A stretch of 63,816 nucleotides of DNA, filler included, from Craspedostauros australis (Eukaryota): the NCBI GenBank assembly GCA_030167865.1. It is 19 parts of 19 records of this genome, joined end to end, with 100 filler letters (N's around TTAATTAATTAA, not from the genome) between each part and the next. Parts side by side here need not be neighbours in the genome. Positions count along the whole stretch, not along the records: positions 1 to 8,350 come from JALAGF010003153.1; positions 8,451 to 9,459 come from JALAGF010003154.1; positions 9,560 to 14,148 come from JALAGF010003155.1; 16 more parts are not named here. The stretch is one strand, 5' to 3'. Numbering within the stretch: position 1 is the first letter of the stretch; the number at the start of each line of letters is the position of its first letter. The notes beneath the pieces were generated by a model. The model worked only from the letters and a program-made list of their open reading frames with translations. It was not told where the DNA came from and made no database searches. Of this stretch, positions 1 through 12,431 are shown piece by piece. The translations under genes were made by a program, and so were the position numbers.

Positions 1-81
<81 letters not shown>
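1..81. repeat. (AAC)n microsatellite
   Basis: About 27 perfect AAC units from base 1. In the frame of the downstream glycosyltransferase ORF it reads as poly-Thr with no stop before Met at 173. Confidence 0.95.
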
Positions 82-82
<1 letters not shown>

Positions 83-1708
83 CCGCAGCAAGGCCAGGAA
101 CACTGTGATGAATTCTTCGATATCCTGCCGAACCACAACATCGACCACCGCCATGCCTGCATCCAAATACACATGCGCGGAATGCAGAGCAACAATGGTG
201 ACGATCCATCCATGCTTCTGGAGTGGACGGCCTTCCATGCAAATCAGTTGGCGAATGATATTCCAAATCTCAGTGACAGCTACTTGGTGCTGCGGGACAC
301 CACCATCTTTCTGCGGCCCATCCAGCTCATGGCATCGCATCCAAAAGGCAACGATGGATGGATGGTCATGGAAACAAGAGCCGCGAACGGGTTTGTTCAA
401 CAAATGAGTACCCAGTCTGTGCCATCCGTGGCATCGTTGCTATCAATGTACGCCACACATCGTCAAGACAACCATGATCCAGCAGACAACACAAGCAACA
501 GCGTTAGCGGAGAAAGTCTAACGTACGAGTACCATGGCTGCCGGATGCAAAAGAATGACTACAGAGCGATAGCGTCAAGGATACATGGTACAGGTGCATC
601 CGACAACATGCCGGCATTCCTGAAATGGAAAATGGACGCGGCATGTCCGCATCCATCACTGCAACGGATCGGAATCTGGCATGACTTCCATCCACCTCCT
701 TGGGGTGGTGGGAATCAGCTCCTCCTTGCTCTGCGATACGGTTTGGAGAACATTTGGAATCGGACGGTCATCGCAAAGAGCGATCCCCAAGGCAAGTTGC
801 TCATCAACAACTCAACAGATACCTTGCTTGCGAATGCCATCGCATTCAAAGGCAAGACGACGATACTGGATCGAAAGCTGAACAGCTCCAATCTGGCCTT
901 GGTCCATCGCATCGATGGTCCATACTACGTTGCGCGATACTTTCGTCCTCTTGGTGTGGAGGATCCAAAAGTACCCAAGGAAGATCGACGAACTCAAGGC
1001 TTCAATCGTAAATACGCTTGCGCAACTGTGGTCCAGTCGCAATGGAGCATGGATGCCAATCTGGACATCCAGCTCAAGCTGCGCAATCCAATTGTTGCTC
1101 CCAACACTATCAATCCTACCATCTTTCATCCACCATCCGACAGCGGCAACCACAGTGAGAGCAACGACAACAACCACCACAATAGCAACAACGATCCCAC
1201 CACACGCAAACGCGAACGCATCGTCGCATCATCCCATTCGAACAATCCGCACAAAGGATTCGATACAATGCTGTGGCTGGATCAGAATCTCAATTTCGAT
1301 ACCTGCGAATTCGTGTACATGGGTGACATCCCAGCCAAAGGATTCGAGCCACGCAACATCCAGCTCCTCAAATCAGGGACATCGCAAGATCTGGCTGACT
1401 TTCTGTGTACTGGCGATCTCTACCTGGCACCATGACGTGGCGAACCGGCCTCGAACGCTGTGATGGAGGCGCTGGCGTGCGGATTGCCGGTCGTCTACCA
1501 AGAGGGCAGCAGTCATGGCGACTTGGTCCGTGATGCAGGGAGGGGGTTCACCGCAGCAGACAATGGGCTGTTGACGATGATCGATGTCGTGGCGCGAGAT
1601 TTGGGAACGTACGTGCGTGCAATTGAAGTCCCATCTATTGAAGCTGTGTCCAAGACATATCTGGTGTTGATGCGGTGGTGCTTCCACATGAAAGGGTTGG
1701 TGTTTTAA
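2..1708 (+). pseudogene. GT-B fold glycosyltransferase (family 4-like), 5'-truncated by window edge, interrupted by one in-frame TGA at 1433-1435
   Basis: ORFs 173..1435 and 1460..1708 share a frame. Motifs: PPWGGGNQ, HRIDGP, QSQWS, NPHKGFD, and across the stop LAP*RGEPASNAVMEALACGLPV (GT4 E-x7-E signature). Confidence 0.75.
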
Positions 1709-1736
1709 GTCGCAATAGCTCTATTGGCCAGCTGGA

Positions 1737-1767
1737 TCGATTGGTTGGTTGGTGGTTGGTTGATTGG

Positions 1768-1815
<48 letters not shown>
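1737..1815. repeat. (GGTT)n/(GATT)n tetranucleotide microsatellite
   Basis: ttggttggtt... grading into perfect GATT units, between two convergent genes. Confidence 0.9.
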
Positions 1816-1816
<1 letters not shown>

Positions 1817-1961
1817 AACTGGCACTTGACCGCGCCATGAGTGGATGGCCGTGCCGACGTCTTTATGGCATTATACATACAATAAAACTGTGAAACACAG
1901 AGTAGTCGTGGTGCTTCTAATTGGTAGTAGGTATATTCATCAATGAGTCTGTGTTATGCAC

Positions 1962-3512
1962 CTACGCTCCATGCTCCTGTTGCCAAGTCGCAAGGAAATC
2001 AACGATCTCAGTGTGTCCAAGATCTGCAGCAATAATCGCAGGTGTGCAGTTGCGGCATAGCACATTGATGTCAGCATTGCTGGACTCGACCAGATACTTG
2101 ACAACATCCAAGTGACCGCGGACACATGCAGCATGAAGTGAGGTGAGGCCTTCGTTGTTTTGTGCGTTGACATCGGCGTTGGAAGACTCCAGTAGATACT
2201 TCACAACATTCATGTGACCGTTTAAGCATGCAACATGAAGTGAGGTGACGCCGATGGTAGTTTGTGCGTTGACATCGGCGTTGGAAGATTCCAGTAGATA
2301 CTTGACAACATTCAAGTGACCATTTTGACATACAATATGAAGTGGGGTGAAGCCGCCACTGTCTTGGATATTGACGTCGATGTTGGAAGATCCCAGAAGA
2401 GACTTTCCAAGATCAGTCTTGCCGTTTAAGCATGCAATATGAAGTGGGGCTAAGCCGTGACGGCCTTGGACGTTGACGTTGACGTTGGGAGATTCCAGAA
2501 GAGACTTTGCAACTTCCAAACGGCCGAATAAACATGCCGCAAATAATGGAGTGCAGCCTTCGCTGATTTCTGTATTGACATCGGCGTTGGAAGAGTCCAA
2601 CAAATATTTGACAACGTTCGAATGGCCGTATAGGCAGGCATTATAAAACGGAGTGGCACCACGAGCATCTTGGACGTTGACATCAGCATTGCATGAGTCC
2701 ACCAAATACTTCACAACCTCCAAAGGGTCACGTCCAGAGTACTCAACATTCAATGAAGCATATTGATTCCACCTCCGAAAATCGGGGGGAGTGGATCGTA
2801 TTTCGTCCCTGCGCTCCATCATTTCCGAAGCGCCACTTTGGCATGCATAATGCAGCAGCGTGCAGCCAGCACTATCCACGATAGTGACATCGACGTTGAG
2901 CGATTGCACCAAATACTTCATGCAGTCCAGATGACCTCCCAAGCATGCCCATTGAAGTGGAGTGAGGCCGCGAGTGTCCCGAACATCGATGTCTGCATCA
3001 CATGAGTCCACGAGGTACTTCGCGCAATCCAAATGGCCATGATGGAAAGTGCACTGGAATGCAGTTGCGCCACGGCGACCAGGGATGGATATGTCAGCGT
3101 TGCATGCTTCCACCAGGTACTTCACGCAATCCAGGTGGCCATTCCAGCATGCTGACACAAGCGGGGTGCTCCCATTGTTGGATTGGATGTTGATGTAGGT
3201 CGAGCTTGATTTCAACAGATACTTCACACAAGCCAAGTGGCCTTTGCTGCATGCTCGATGCAGGAGAGTCTTGCCATTGTCATCCTTGATGCTACCGTGA
3301 TCGTCTCTTGGATTCTTGTTCTTCCATTTCTTCAACACCTTCAGATTACCGCGCTTGGCAGCGCGAAGGAGTTTGTCTTTGGTGATGTTGGGCATGTCGG
3401 CGTCACGATTGTTGGCTGCGACGTGTGATGTGGCGGTATTGTGTGAGTGATGTCCGAAAGCTGAAGCAATCCGCGACAGTACATTGCGGATGAATGAAGA
3501 ATAGAAACACAT
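1962..3512 (-). CDS. Ankyrin-repeat protein (about 12 repeats)
   Basis: Repeated G-x-T-P/S-L-H-x-A-C-x-x-G-H-L-x-V-V-K-Y-L motifs and near-identical 99-bp units at 2117-2314. Start is probably ATG 3512 or 3395; the ORF-track start at 3605 lies inside the LTR. Confidence 0.9.
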   Translation of the reverse strand: MCFYSSFIRNVLSRIASAFGHHSHNTATSHVAANNRDADMPNITKDKLLRAAKRGNLKVLKKWKNKNPRDDHGSIKDDNGKTLLHRACSKGHLACVKYLLKSSSTYINIQSNNGSTPLVSACWNGHLDCVKYLVEACNADISIPGRRGATAFQCTFHHGHLDCAKYLVDSCDADIDVRDTRGLTPLQWACLGGHLDCMKYLVQSLNVDVTIVDSAGCTLLHYACQSGASEMMERRDEIRSTPPDFRRWNQYASLNVEYSGRDPLEVVKYLVDSCNADVNVQDARGATPFYNACLYGHSNVVKYLLDSSNADVNTEISEGCTPLFAACLFGRLEVAKSLLESPNVNVNVQGRHGLAPLHIACLNGKTDLGKSLLGSSNIDVNIQDSGGFTPLHIVCQNGHLNVVKYLLESSNADVNAQTTIGVTSLHVACLNGHMNVVKYLLESSNADVNAQNNEGLTSLHAACVRGHLDVVKYLVESSNADINVLCRNCTPAIIAADLGHTEIVDFLATWQQEHGA

Positions 3513-3581
3513 CGTGTGGACGTGACGAGATGATGTGAGTTGTCGCTGATGTGATATGAGAGGAATGGAGTATGTATGCGA

Positions 3582-3899
3582 TGTTGAAACAACAACTCTT
3601 GCCACAGTCCCAACCCGGCAATGAACCGGAGCGATAGACTAGAAGCAGAGAAGTGAGATTGTTGTGGGTGGTGTAATCAGATAGTTTACACAAGTTTGTG
3701 TGCTTTTGTTTGCTTTGCCTGTTTTGCTTGTTTGTTGTTCTTGTTCGCCATCTTCTTGCTGTTTGCCTTGTGCTGCGCAGCATGATGTTGATGATGGCTC
3801 CCAGCCGTTGATTTGCATCGGTGGTTGGCATTCGCGTCCTTGCTCCGTCCGGATTCCATTCCGGCGGTTTTGTTCCGCTCAGAGTCTACTGCACCAACA
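3582..3899 (-). mobile_element. 3' LTR (318 bp) of Ty1/copia element
   Basis: Bounded by TGTTG (3582) and CAACA (3899). On the minus strand it is preceded by purine-rich GAAGGAG (PPT-like), just after the RNase H motif. Confidence 0.7.
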
Positions 3900-6800
3900 C
3901 ACTCCTTCGATCCAATGAGGGCCTGCTTGTAGGTCTTGGCCTTGGTTGGATTGGCTTCTGTGCGGTTGAGGATGAGATCACGGAACTTGCGGAACTTGGA
4001 TCCCTGCACTGGCTTGGTGAAGAAATCGCCGATCATGTCGTCGGTCGGGCAGTATTTGACACAGATCTGTCCTTTGTTGATCCTGTCGCTGACGAAGAAA
4101 TAGCGCATACTGATATGACGCGTCTTCTTGCCGCTTGAGCCCCTGCCGTTGTTCTCAAGCAACATGGTGCTTTGATTGTCCTGATGGATGGTGGTTGGCT
4201 CCACCTTGATGCCTTGCTCCTCGAGGAAGTATCGAGTCCAGAGCACTTGCGGCATCACGTCGTCCACGGCAACGAGCTCGGCTTCCGTTGAGCTCTTGGT
4301 GTTCAGCTTCTGCTTGGTCGACACGCCGTAGATGGTGCCGGCCCCGGTGGACATGTGTGCTCCAGTGTGGCTGCGCATGTCGCCATGCACGCCAAAGGAT
4401 CCGTCGACCCACCACTGCACATTCTCGAGCGAGGACCCTCCAAGAGTGAGAGTCATATCCTTGGTGGAACGGAGATACTTGATAACGCGGGTGAGCTTCT
4501 TGTAGTCATCCTCGTCAGGTGCCTTGACACGAGTGCACAGGAATGCGACTGCGGTCTGCAGGTCTGGTCGTGCACGCTTGCACAGAAACAGCAGCTTGGC
4601 CACGGTGTGGTGGAACAGATCGGCTGTCTCCTGATCCAGCTTGACTGGGTTGTTCTCGTTGATGTCGAGCAGATGCTCAGCTGCTGGCGTGGTGGCTTTG
4701 CCATGCATGTTTGCCGGTACTCCTTCGAGAATGCCATTGATGTACTCGCTCATGCCAATCTGCACCTGATCGGGATTGGAGAAGTCCAGTTGCATGCCAA
4801 GATAGTCATGGACCTTGCCTCTGGTGACAGCGAGCGGGCTGTGCTTGCCATATGCCTCGCTGAGCATCTGGAGCACATCGTCGACGACCGAGCTGTCCTT
4901 GTGAGAGATCTTCAGGTCGTCGACATGCCAGACGACAGTACATTGGCTGCCGTTGACGTCCTTGTTGGCCACGCACCAATCGTATGGGTTGATGGTGAAT
5001 CCATCTTCCACGAGGGTGGTCGTCAGATCCTTCCACCACTGAAGTGCGGCCTTGAGGGTTCCGTACAGCGCCTTCGTCAGCTGCACGTAGATGGACGATT
5101 GTCCTCGCTTCTGGTTGACGTATTTCTTGTACACATCAGGAGCGATCTTGGCAAGTAGCTCAGCCATGCGTCCTTCAATGAGGACATGCACGATCTCGCC
5201 TTTGTCAAAAGTGGTCTGAAGGAATGCTCCGGGGACGTCGGCGGTGGCAACGTCTCTCCCTTCGTGTGCATCGACAATGCATGTGAGCATCAGTCCGAGC
5301 AGGGAGACGGTGGGGGAGCTGGTTTCCTCCTTGGTCATGTACAGCCGCTGTGGTCGGCCGTCCGCACACCCCCGTCCCTTGATGAGACCGGTGCGCTTCT
5401 CCTTCAGATACATGAGGTATCGCAGCGACTTGCGACGCTCGTCCTTGGAGAGCTGATGCCAATGCTTTGGCTCAAATCCTTCCATGTCATGCACTTGCTT
5501 CAGCTCCTTGCTGATTGCATCCTCTCCGCGTTCGTTGAACAGCTTGAGGCCTCTCTTCCAATTCATCTGCTCGGTGAGAAGAGTGTATCCCACCTTCTCA
5601 TCGCAGACTTTGTCCTCCGCATTGGTTGACACCTGCACCATCGTTGCATGGGCTCCTGTGTCGGTGGTGCCCACGTTGTGCAGCCTGGCATAGTCAGGTC
5701 GCGGTCCTCCACGAGTGCGGCGTCCTTCCTGCTCCGGTTCCTGTTCATCGGCAGCGCCGTCCACTCCTGGATCATTGGGACCACCTGGCCGAGCTTGCAT
5801 TTCGTTGACGAACTCGTGCACGACGTCATGGATGGGTGCGATCAGCGGATCAATGGCTGGCTGGTCCATTGTCTCTTTGGCGGGCAAGAGTGCGCCGGCT
5901 TCCTCTTGCTCAAGTCCAGCAGCATCAGGATCGTGATCATCGTCGTGATCGTCCTCGTCCGCGTCACTCGGGACAAAGGTGCTGTCATCATCGCTGCCAC
6001 TGTCATCCGCCTCCTCATCCTCCTCCTCCTCCTCCTCTTCATCATCATCATCGTTGCCGCCCTCTGCGCCGACATAGAGCTCCAGCGGATCGTCGCTGGC
6101 CTCCGACTCATCAGCGGGATCGTAGTCCGCATCGTTTGGATCATCATCATCGGCATCATCGCCGTCCGAGTCATCGTCATTGGAATCCTCATCTGACTCG
6201 ATGTCAGCATCAAGCGACTCTTCGCTGGCCTCAGATTCGTCATCTGGATCGTAATCTGCGTCATTGGGATCGTCCTTGGTTGCACCGATGGTCGGCAACA
6301 TCACGATGTTGTCGTGTGAATCTGTGAACACGATGTCATTCTGGCCTTTCTTCTGCTTGGCAAGATCGTGAACGTGTTTAATCACAGCATCTGGCATCGG
6401 CAACTCCGTCCAGTTGTTACGGTGCAGGATCCTTCCGGTGAGAAGGCTGTAGAAGTGGTAGCTTCCCTGGTCGTTTCCAGATGGTCGCAGTGCAAGTGCT
6501 GCGATGGTTCTGGGATGCATGCTGTTGTCATGCTGTTCGTGCGTCTGCACGTACGTTCCAAATTCCGCCTTGCAGTGCTTGTGGAAGTCAAGCTTGCGTC
6601 CAACCACAATCTCAGCCGGACTCATTCGCTTGGAGATCCCGTCGTGATGCGGGAACATGTTCAGCCAGTACACAGCGGTGTATACCATCTCAATGAGGAG
6701 GCCTGGCGGGTACTGCTTGAATGGCAGCGCGTTGTACATGCTGCGGGTGCGTTCTTTGATAGTCCGAATGTATCTCTCAACTGCTGGGACGTGCTCGTCA

Positions 6801-8350
6801 CGAGCTGTGACGTTGAGCGCTGTCCCTGCTGCTGCGAGTGCGCCGCGGATGGGCTCGAACTGGTTGTTGGTGAGGACCATGACCACCTTGAATCCACGCT
6901 GTTGGTAGACCCGCACGATCATCATGATGCTCTTGGTGATGGATGTGCTAGACTCGGAGTCTAGTTTGTGAGCAGTGCCAAGCTTGATGTGCTTTGCAAT
7001 GGTGACGAGGAATGGGATCTTGTTCACCTTCATGATGTCCACGGAGAGTGTGACTTCCTGATACTGACGCAGGATGGAGAAGGGCAAAGCAGTGATTTCT
7101 GCTTGCACTTGCGGTGATGTGGTGCGAGCCGTCTTGCCTTTGAGTGATCCGAGATCAGGACCGAAGATGAGCTCGGCATTGCGAATGTCCTTACTGGTGA
7201 CGGGGCAGTTCTGGATCATGTTGTTGTTTACATACTTGATGTAGTTGCGAGTGGACGGACGACCAATGCGCTGCTGGACAGAACGGGCAAGCTGAGCACG
7301 TGAGTAATCGATAGACGAGAACTTAGACTTGTTACCCGCTACAGTAGTCACCAGGACAGATCCGCGGTACACTGTCGTGTCATGGTAGTAGAGGCCAGAG
7401 CTGGACTCTTCGAAGGCCTTGGTGGTGCCGTCCGGCTTGTGGATGATGAACCGGTTGTCACCAGCGCTGTCGAACGTGATGCGGAAACGATCCTTGATGT
7501 TGCTGAGCGAGAGTATGTTGGCCACTCCGTCAGGATGATACCACACTGCGCCGTACCCTGGGAGAGTGCCCATCAGGTTGGTGGTTGCTGTCCCGGCGTT
7601 GCAGTGAACAGTGAGGTATTCATCGACCTCGTGGATGTCGTAGAGATATCCACCATCAGCGAAGATGTCGACCGTTGACTGGTTGTCGAGCAGCCACCAT
7701 GTGTCCGGGATGGGATTGGGCGACTGGTTGAGCGCGTAGTTGTGGTAGTTGTGATCTCCTTCATCGTTGGCTCCGTGTGGCGCACCTGCGGTGACGAGAG
7801 TGCTGGCGTCGGTGCCTGCTGGTTTGCTGTTGGCGCCGTTAACGGTGGCAAAGGCCGCGCCCTTGTTGCTTGGACCGCCAGGTTCAGAGTTGTACTTGGG
7901 GTTGTTCTGGAAGTTCTCAAGCATTTTGTATGCATCGGTCACGCCACTTGGATAGTTGTTGCTGCCCAGGAGGTAGTCATTGTGAAGGGTTTCGACGAGC
8001 TTGCCGTAGCGTCCCTGGTCGGCGCCCTCCAAGAATGCGACTGCAAGGAATCGCTCGCGTCGGATCGCGTGGATGTTGGCCCGATTGTCATCGGTCAGTT
8101 CATCGTGTGCCGACAGCTCCACGGCCATGTCGTTGAGGCCATCATGTCCAGTAAGGTTGGCATCAATGCTCTTGTTGACTTCGATCTGTGAGAGGAACGT
8201 CTCGTAGTATTCAAGGAGTGGCTGATGAGGTGTCTGGCGGATCGCGTAGAACGCCTTGATTGCCTTGTAGATGGTGACGGCGATGTTCTCACTGGAGTTG
8301 ATATCGAACGACACGTTCTTGATGACTTCAAGGAGCTTGAGTGGGTCTTG
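3686..8350 (-). mobile_element. Ty1/copia (CoDi-like) gag-pol polyprotein, 5' end lost at contig edge
   Basis: Single 1542-aa ORF in copia order: gag (FLAVAFLEGAD), protease WLLDNQSTVDIF, integrase (SVDIMKV...EHVPAVER), acidic linker, RT (ADVPGAFL, KALYG, WHVDD), RNase H (WWVDGSF, SSTEAE, DNQS, DFFTKP). Confidence 0.95.
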
Positions 8351-8450
8351 NNNNNNNNNNNNNNNNNNNNNNNNNNNNNNNNNNNNNNNNNNNNTTAATT
8401 AATTAANNNNNNNNNNNNNNNNNNNNNNNNNNNNNNNNNNNNNNNNNNNN
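8351..8450. other. Artificial contig spacer N44-TTAATTAATTAA-N44 (first of 18)
   Basis: Identical six-frame-stop spacers start at 8351, 9460, 14149, 16662, 18185, 19665, 21544, 23597, 27174, 28873, 31249, 41958, 43130, 44552, 47151, 50509, 53967 and 62685. Confidence 0.97.
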
Positions 8451-9459
8451 ACTGCACCATTGCCCTGATACGATGAGCCATGTAGATTCTCATCTGATCA
8501 CTGCAGAAGTCGACTGCGCGTGGCATCGTTTCCACCTCCTCCAAAACGTTGTCATCTGTAATCCATTGCCTAGCAGCTTCAACAGCTGTCTTGGCACGGA
8601 TTGGAAAGAACGTCATGGCAGCAGCGCATTTCTTGCAGACGTGCTTCGATGGCTGCCGATCACATTCGGTGAGAGCAAATGTTGCAGAGTGGAGATGGTC
8701 ATCATCACACTCAANTTGCATATGGGAGTTGGTATACTCCCATCTCACAAAGGTGAAAGTAGCATCAGCATCATCCACCAGCATGGAAACTTCAGTGCGA
8801 AGATCCGCAGTTGCATCGTTGTCAGGGAGTAATTCCAAGATCCTCTCCATCATGAGTTTGAACTCAGTGATGACGTTGGATATGTCCATGTAGTAGGAGG
8901 ACAAGGCGGTGTGGGATGTGCCACATCTTGTCAAGAGCTTGAGGAGGTCAAGGAAGGTGGGAAAGCCAACCGCACTGTTGTTGTCCTTGATGTAGTTGCG
9001 GAACAGTTCCCTTGGCGGAGTACTGTCGCGAACAAAGATTGGCAAATTATCGTAGACAATGCCATCGAGCATCACAGTACGCGATCTGCCGCCCTTGTAG
9101 TGCCCNATGGTTGTGATGTACGAGATGGCATTCTTGAGGGAGTCTTCGGGTGGACGGAAAGGCCGCTCTATTTTGGGAATTGACTTCCCAGAAAGAAGCG
9201 TGTCTGCCAAATCCTTGAATCGACTGTGTGTGTCTTGGCGCATGGTGATTCGAGTGTTGGCAACCTTGGCTTGTTCTTCTGTTGGTAGGGCGCGATAGTG
9301 CAATTGCAGGATACGCTCACATTGTGTGGCACCGCATGTGCATGCCAGCATCGCACGTGCAGCTCTGGAGAAATTGTTGTTTCCAAAGAAGGTGAAGAGG
9401 CAGACAGTCTCCAACAATCCTGCAGGAGGGAGAGCCTTGTCATGTCGGACATACTTGAT
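8451..9459 (-). CDS. Partial ORF, possible DNA-transposon (Sola-like?) transposase segment
   Basis: Open frame of over 320 aa across the contig, with CTCG, H..FAL..C....H.CKKC and YMAHRIR..Q motifs. Family assignment is from recollection only. Confidence 0.35.
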
Positions 9460-9559
9460 NNNNNNNNNNNNNNNNNNNNNNNNNNNNNNNNNNNNNNNNN
9501 NNNTTAATTAATTAANNNNNNNNNNNNNNNNNNNNNNNNNNNNNNNNNNNNNNNNNNNN

Positions 9560-10090
9560 CCAGCTCACAACTACCATAGCGACATCTGGGTTGTGTGTGT
9601 TGATGGTACCCACTGTCGCATTGAGGAACCAAACCATCCCACACTGCCACAAGACAAGACCTACTATTCACACAAGTTTCATCGTGCAGGGATGAACTAT
9701 GAACTAGCATTGGCAGTTTCAGAGAGTCGGTTGATTTGGATGAATGGGCCATTCAAAGCAGGAACAAACGATGTATCTATATTCAAAGACCACGGTCTGA
9801 AGCAGAAACTCGAATCCATAGGAAAGATGGGCATTGCTGACAATGGGTATGTTGGGTATCCAACAATCCTCAGCACACCGAACACCGATGACAGCCCAGA
9901 AGTTGCAAAGTTCAAAGCGCGAGCGCGCATGCGTGTGGAGGCATTCAACAATCTCACAAAGACCTTCGGTGTGTGCAGCAGCAAATTCCGACACAAAGTG
10001 CCAAAATTCTCCACCTGCTTTGAGGCCGTCTGCGTTCTGTGCCAATACAAAATGGAACTTGAACAGCCAATCTTCGATACATACGTCTGA
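9560..10090 (+). mobile_element. PIF/Harbinger-like (DDE_Tnp_4) transposase, catalytic C-terminal half
   Basis: VDGTHCRIEEP, YYSHKF, GPFKAGTND, IADNGY, RARMRVEAFN, KFRHK. Confidence 0.85.
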
Positions 10091-10247
10091 GCACATAAAG
10101 CAGACATCAATAGAGTACTACTGTTTCTTGGAATGCCAACTTTTAGATATTATTGTTGATGCGTGTGATTGTGTGCTCCGCAAAACTGTGGATCTTACCA
10201 TGTATAGAAAAATGCTACAATGAAGTGTCGCATGCTAAATTGATTGG

Positions 10248-12077
10248 TTATGGTTCCCCGCTTTTGAATCGCTTGTTCTGCATGGTCTCATCATGCATCA
10301 TGAAGTCGAGAGTGTGCTGACCGTCTGCGATGTGGCTCCGCATGCTCGCAATTGCTTGACTGGCAAGTGCGAGAACTTCCGAATCATGCGAGGAGCTGTC
10401 TTCTGTTGATGCATACTGGCTTGATGGCTCTTGTGCAGCAGCAACAGCCAAAGAAGAGAGAGCGCTGTCCCCATCTCCACTAGATGTTTCAAATGCTCTA
10501 TATGCTTGAGGGTTGTACGAATTGTTTGCTGGGGGAGCTTCCTGCACTGGAGGGATGCCACCCGCTGAAGAAACTGCGAGAGGTTGGTGGATTTCGTTGG
10601 TCCGAGCTCCCCCACGGAAATTGGAGGAGCTGTGGACTGGGAAAGGGGCTGGTGTGTTGGCGGAGATGTTGCATTTCGAGCTCATCTCAGATGCAACTGT
10701 GTACTCATCGTACATGGATGGTGCGTCAGTCCCATTGCAGCCTATGATTGTGAACAGTGAGAGAGTCAAGTCGAGCCAATTTGAATGTGATGGTTAGAAC
10801 GATTAGGACGTAGAGCACTCTTCATGCATGCAAAGCCCCATCAAAGCATACCTTCATCGTCTTCTCCACTCAGCTGGCGAGCAAGACGGCTCTTGCGGAT
10901 CTTCTGCGCAGGACCGCGTTTCTCAGGTTCGATATCTGCGCGTGCAACCTTCCACACAACGTATCGCTCAGAAACGCCAGAGCTGGGTGTCTCTTTCCAC
11001 TTTGCACGGATCAGTTTGGGGTCGATGATGCCATCCTCGGAGTCCTCCTGAATCTCGGTCACGTCCAATACATGATCGCTGGGGAAGATCAGACGTATCT
11101 GTTTGAGTTCTGGCCCTCCACTCTTTGGGAGCTTGTTGATGGCGTTGTCTAAGCCTGCGAGCTCATCAGGTGTCAGCTTCTTGGCAAAGTCTTCACGATT
11201 TTCGAAAAACGCGTGTTCGATGGCTGGTAGTGTGATGAGCACCTCATTGTTGGCAATGATCTGTGCCATGTACACCTCAATGTTGTTGTAGGCCCGGGTG
11301 ACTCGTTGTTCGATCTGACATATGATCATGTATCCTTGGAACATGGAGATGTTGTGGTTGGCACGGGATTTGATGGCAGGGATGTTAGTCAGAGGCACCA
11401 CCTTCACTTCTCGATTCGCATGAAAATTTGCGATGTCAACGGTCGTGGTTGCTGTGGATAAGAAGAGGGAAAGATGATGACAAAGAAGCAAGGTGGTGTG
11501 AGTTGGGGGGGGGGGGTTGCATTGTGTTTCATTGCATTGCAGACAATGTAAGGGACCCACCAATGTTTCCTTGGCTTGAATCCATCTTCAATTGATGCTG
11601 TGGGGTATGCAGCAATGATTTTGGACTGATGAGTCTGCTCGACGATGGCGTTGGCTTCACAGACAGTGCGTATTTGGTTTGATTTGGCGATGACAAGCTG
11701 AGATGTTGGATGCTGGATGTCAGATCATCAATACTGTTGCTTGTGGATGGCGTTCTCTGCAGCTGTTGTGGTCCTCTATTTCTCTTGATGCCAAGAGCCT
11801 TGATTACTTTCTGCTCGTAGTCAATGGTGTTGAGTTGCTTCCACTTGACTACTTTCTTGCGGATGGCATTCCGACGAGCAGACAGTTTTTCGCCGTAGAG
11901 TTCCGGATTCCTGTCGCAGAGTATCTTCGTTGGCTGCTTTCCAAGACGGTTGAAATGCTGGATACCTCCTTCGTCTTCGATGTCTTGAGCAAGGGAGGCA
12001 AGGACACACGTTGGCAGGCGGATGCGCTGCGGGCTGGCGTATGGTGGTGGTGTCTGTTTCGGTGGTGTCGATGGCAT
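10248..12077 (-). CDS. Three-exon uncharacterised gene convergent with the transposase (putative accessory gene A)
   Basis: Consecutive ORFs 11529-12089, 10841-11563 and 10248-10769 are linked by GT..AG introns at about 11453-11560 and 10742-10850. N-terminal helical motif LAQDIEDEGG...LCDRNPELYG...RRNAIRKKVVKWK. Confidence 0.55.
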
Positions 12078-12431
12078 GATTATGATCAAGACGCGAATTT
12101 GAGAGCATCAACCACCACAATGAAGCAACGCCGGCCCAGCGGCGAAGAAACAATAACCGGCAACAACCCACGACGATGCCAATCGAAACCTGACGATGTT
12201 CAGTGGCACAACCACACAGCAGCTCGACGTACGAACCTTGCTGCCAATCAAACCGTCGAGGAGCATGTCCAGGACTCTCTCTGTCCGTCCTCACGCACCA
12301 CGGACGACCTCGTGCCCTGTCCTGACGTTCGAACCAACGATACAGTTTGCATTTTCCTCAGCTGTTGGCAGGTACTAAATTAGCCCCACAGAAGGCGGCG
12401 TCACCACAACCAAGAGACATCGCCAGAAGAA

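Noticed and set aside
8395..8406. Recurrent TTAATTAATTAA motif as a biological repeat or piggyBac TTAA site
   Set aside because: It is always centred in exactly 44+44 Ns, so it is an artificial six-frame-stop contig linker.
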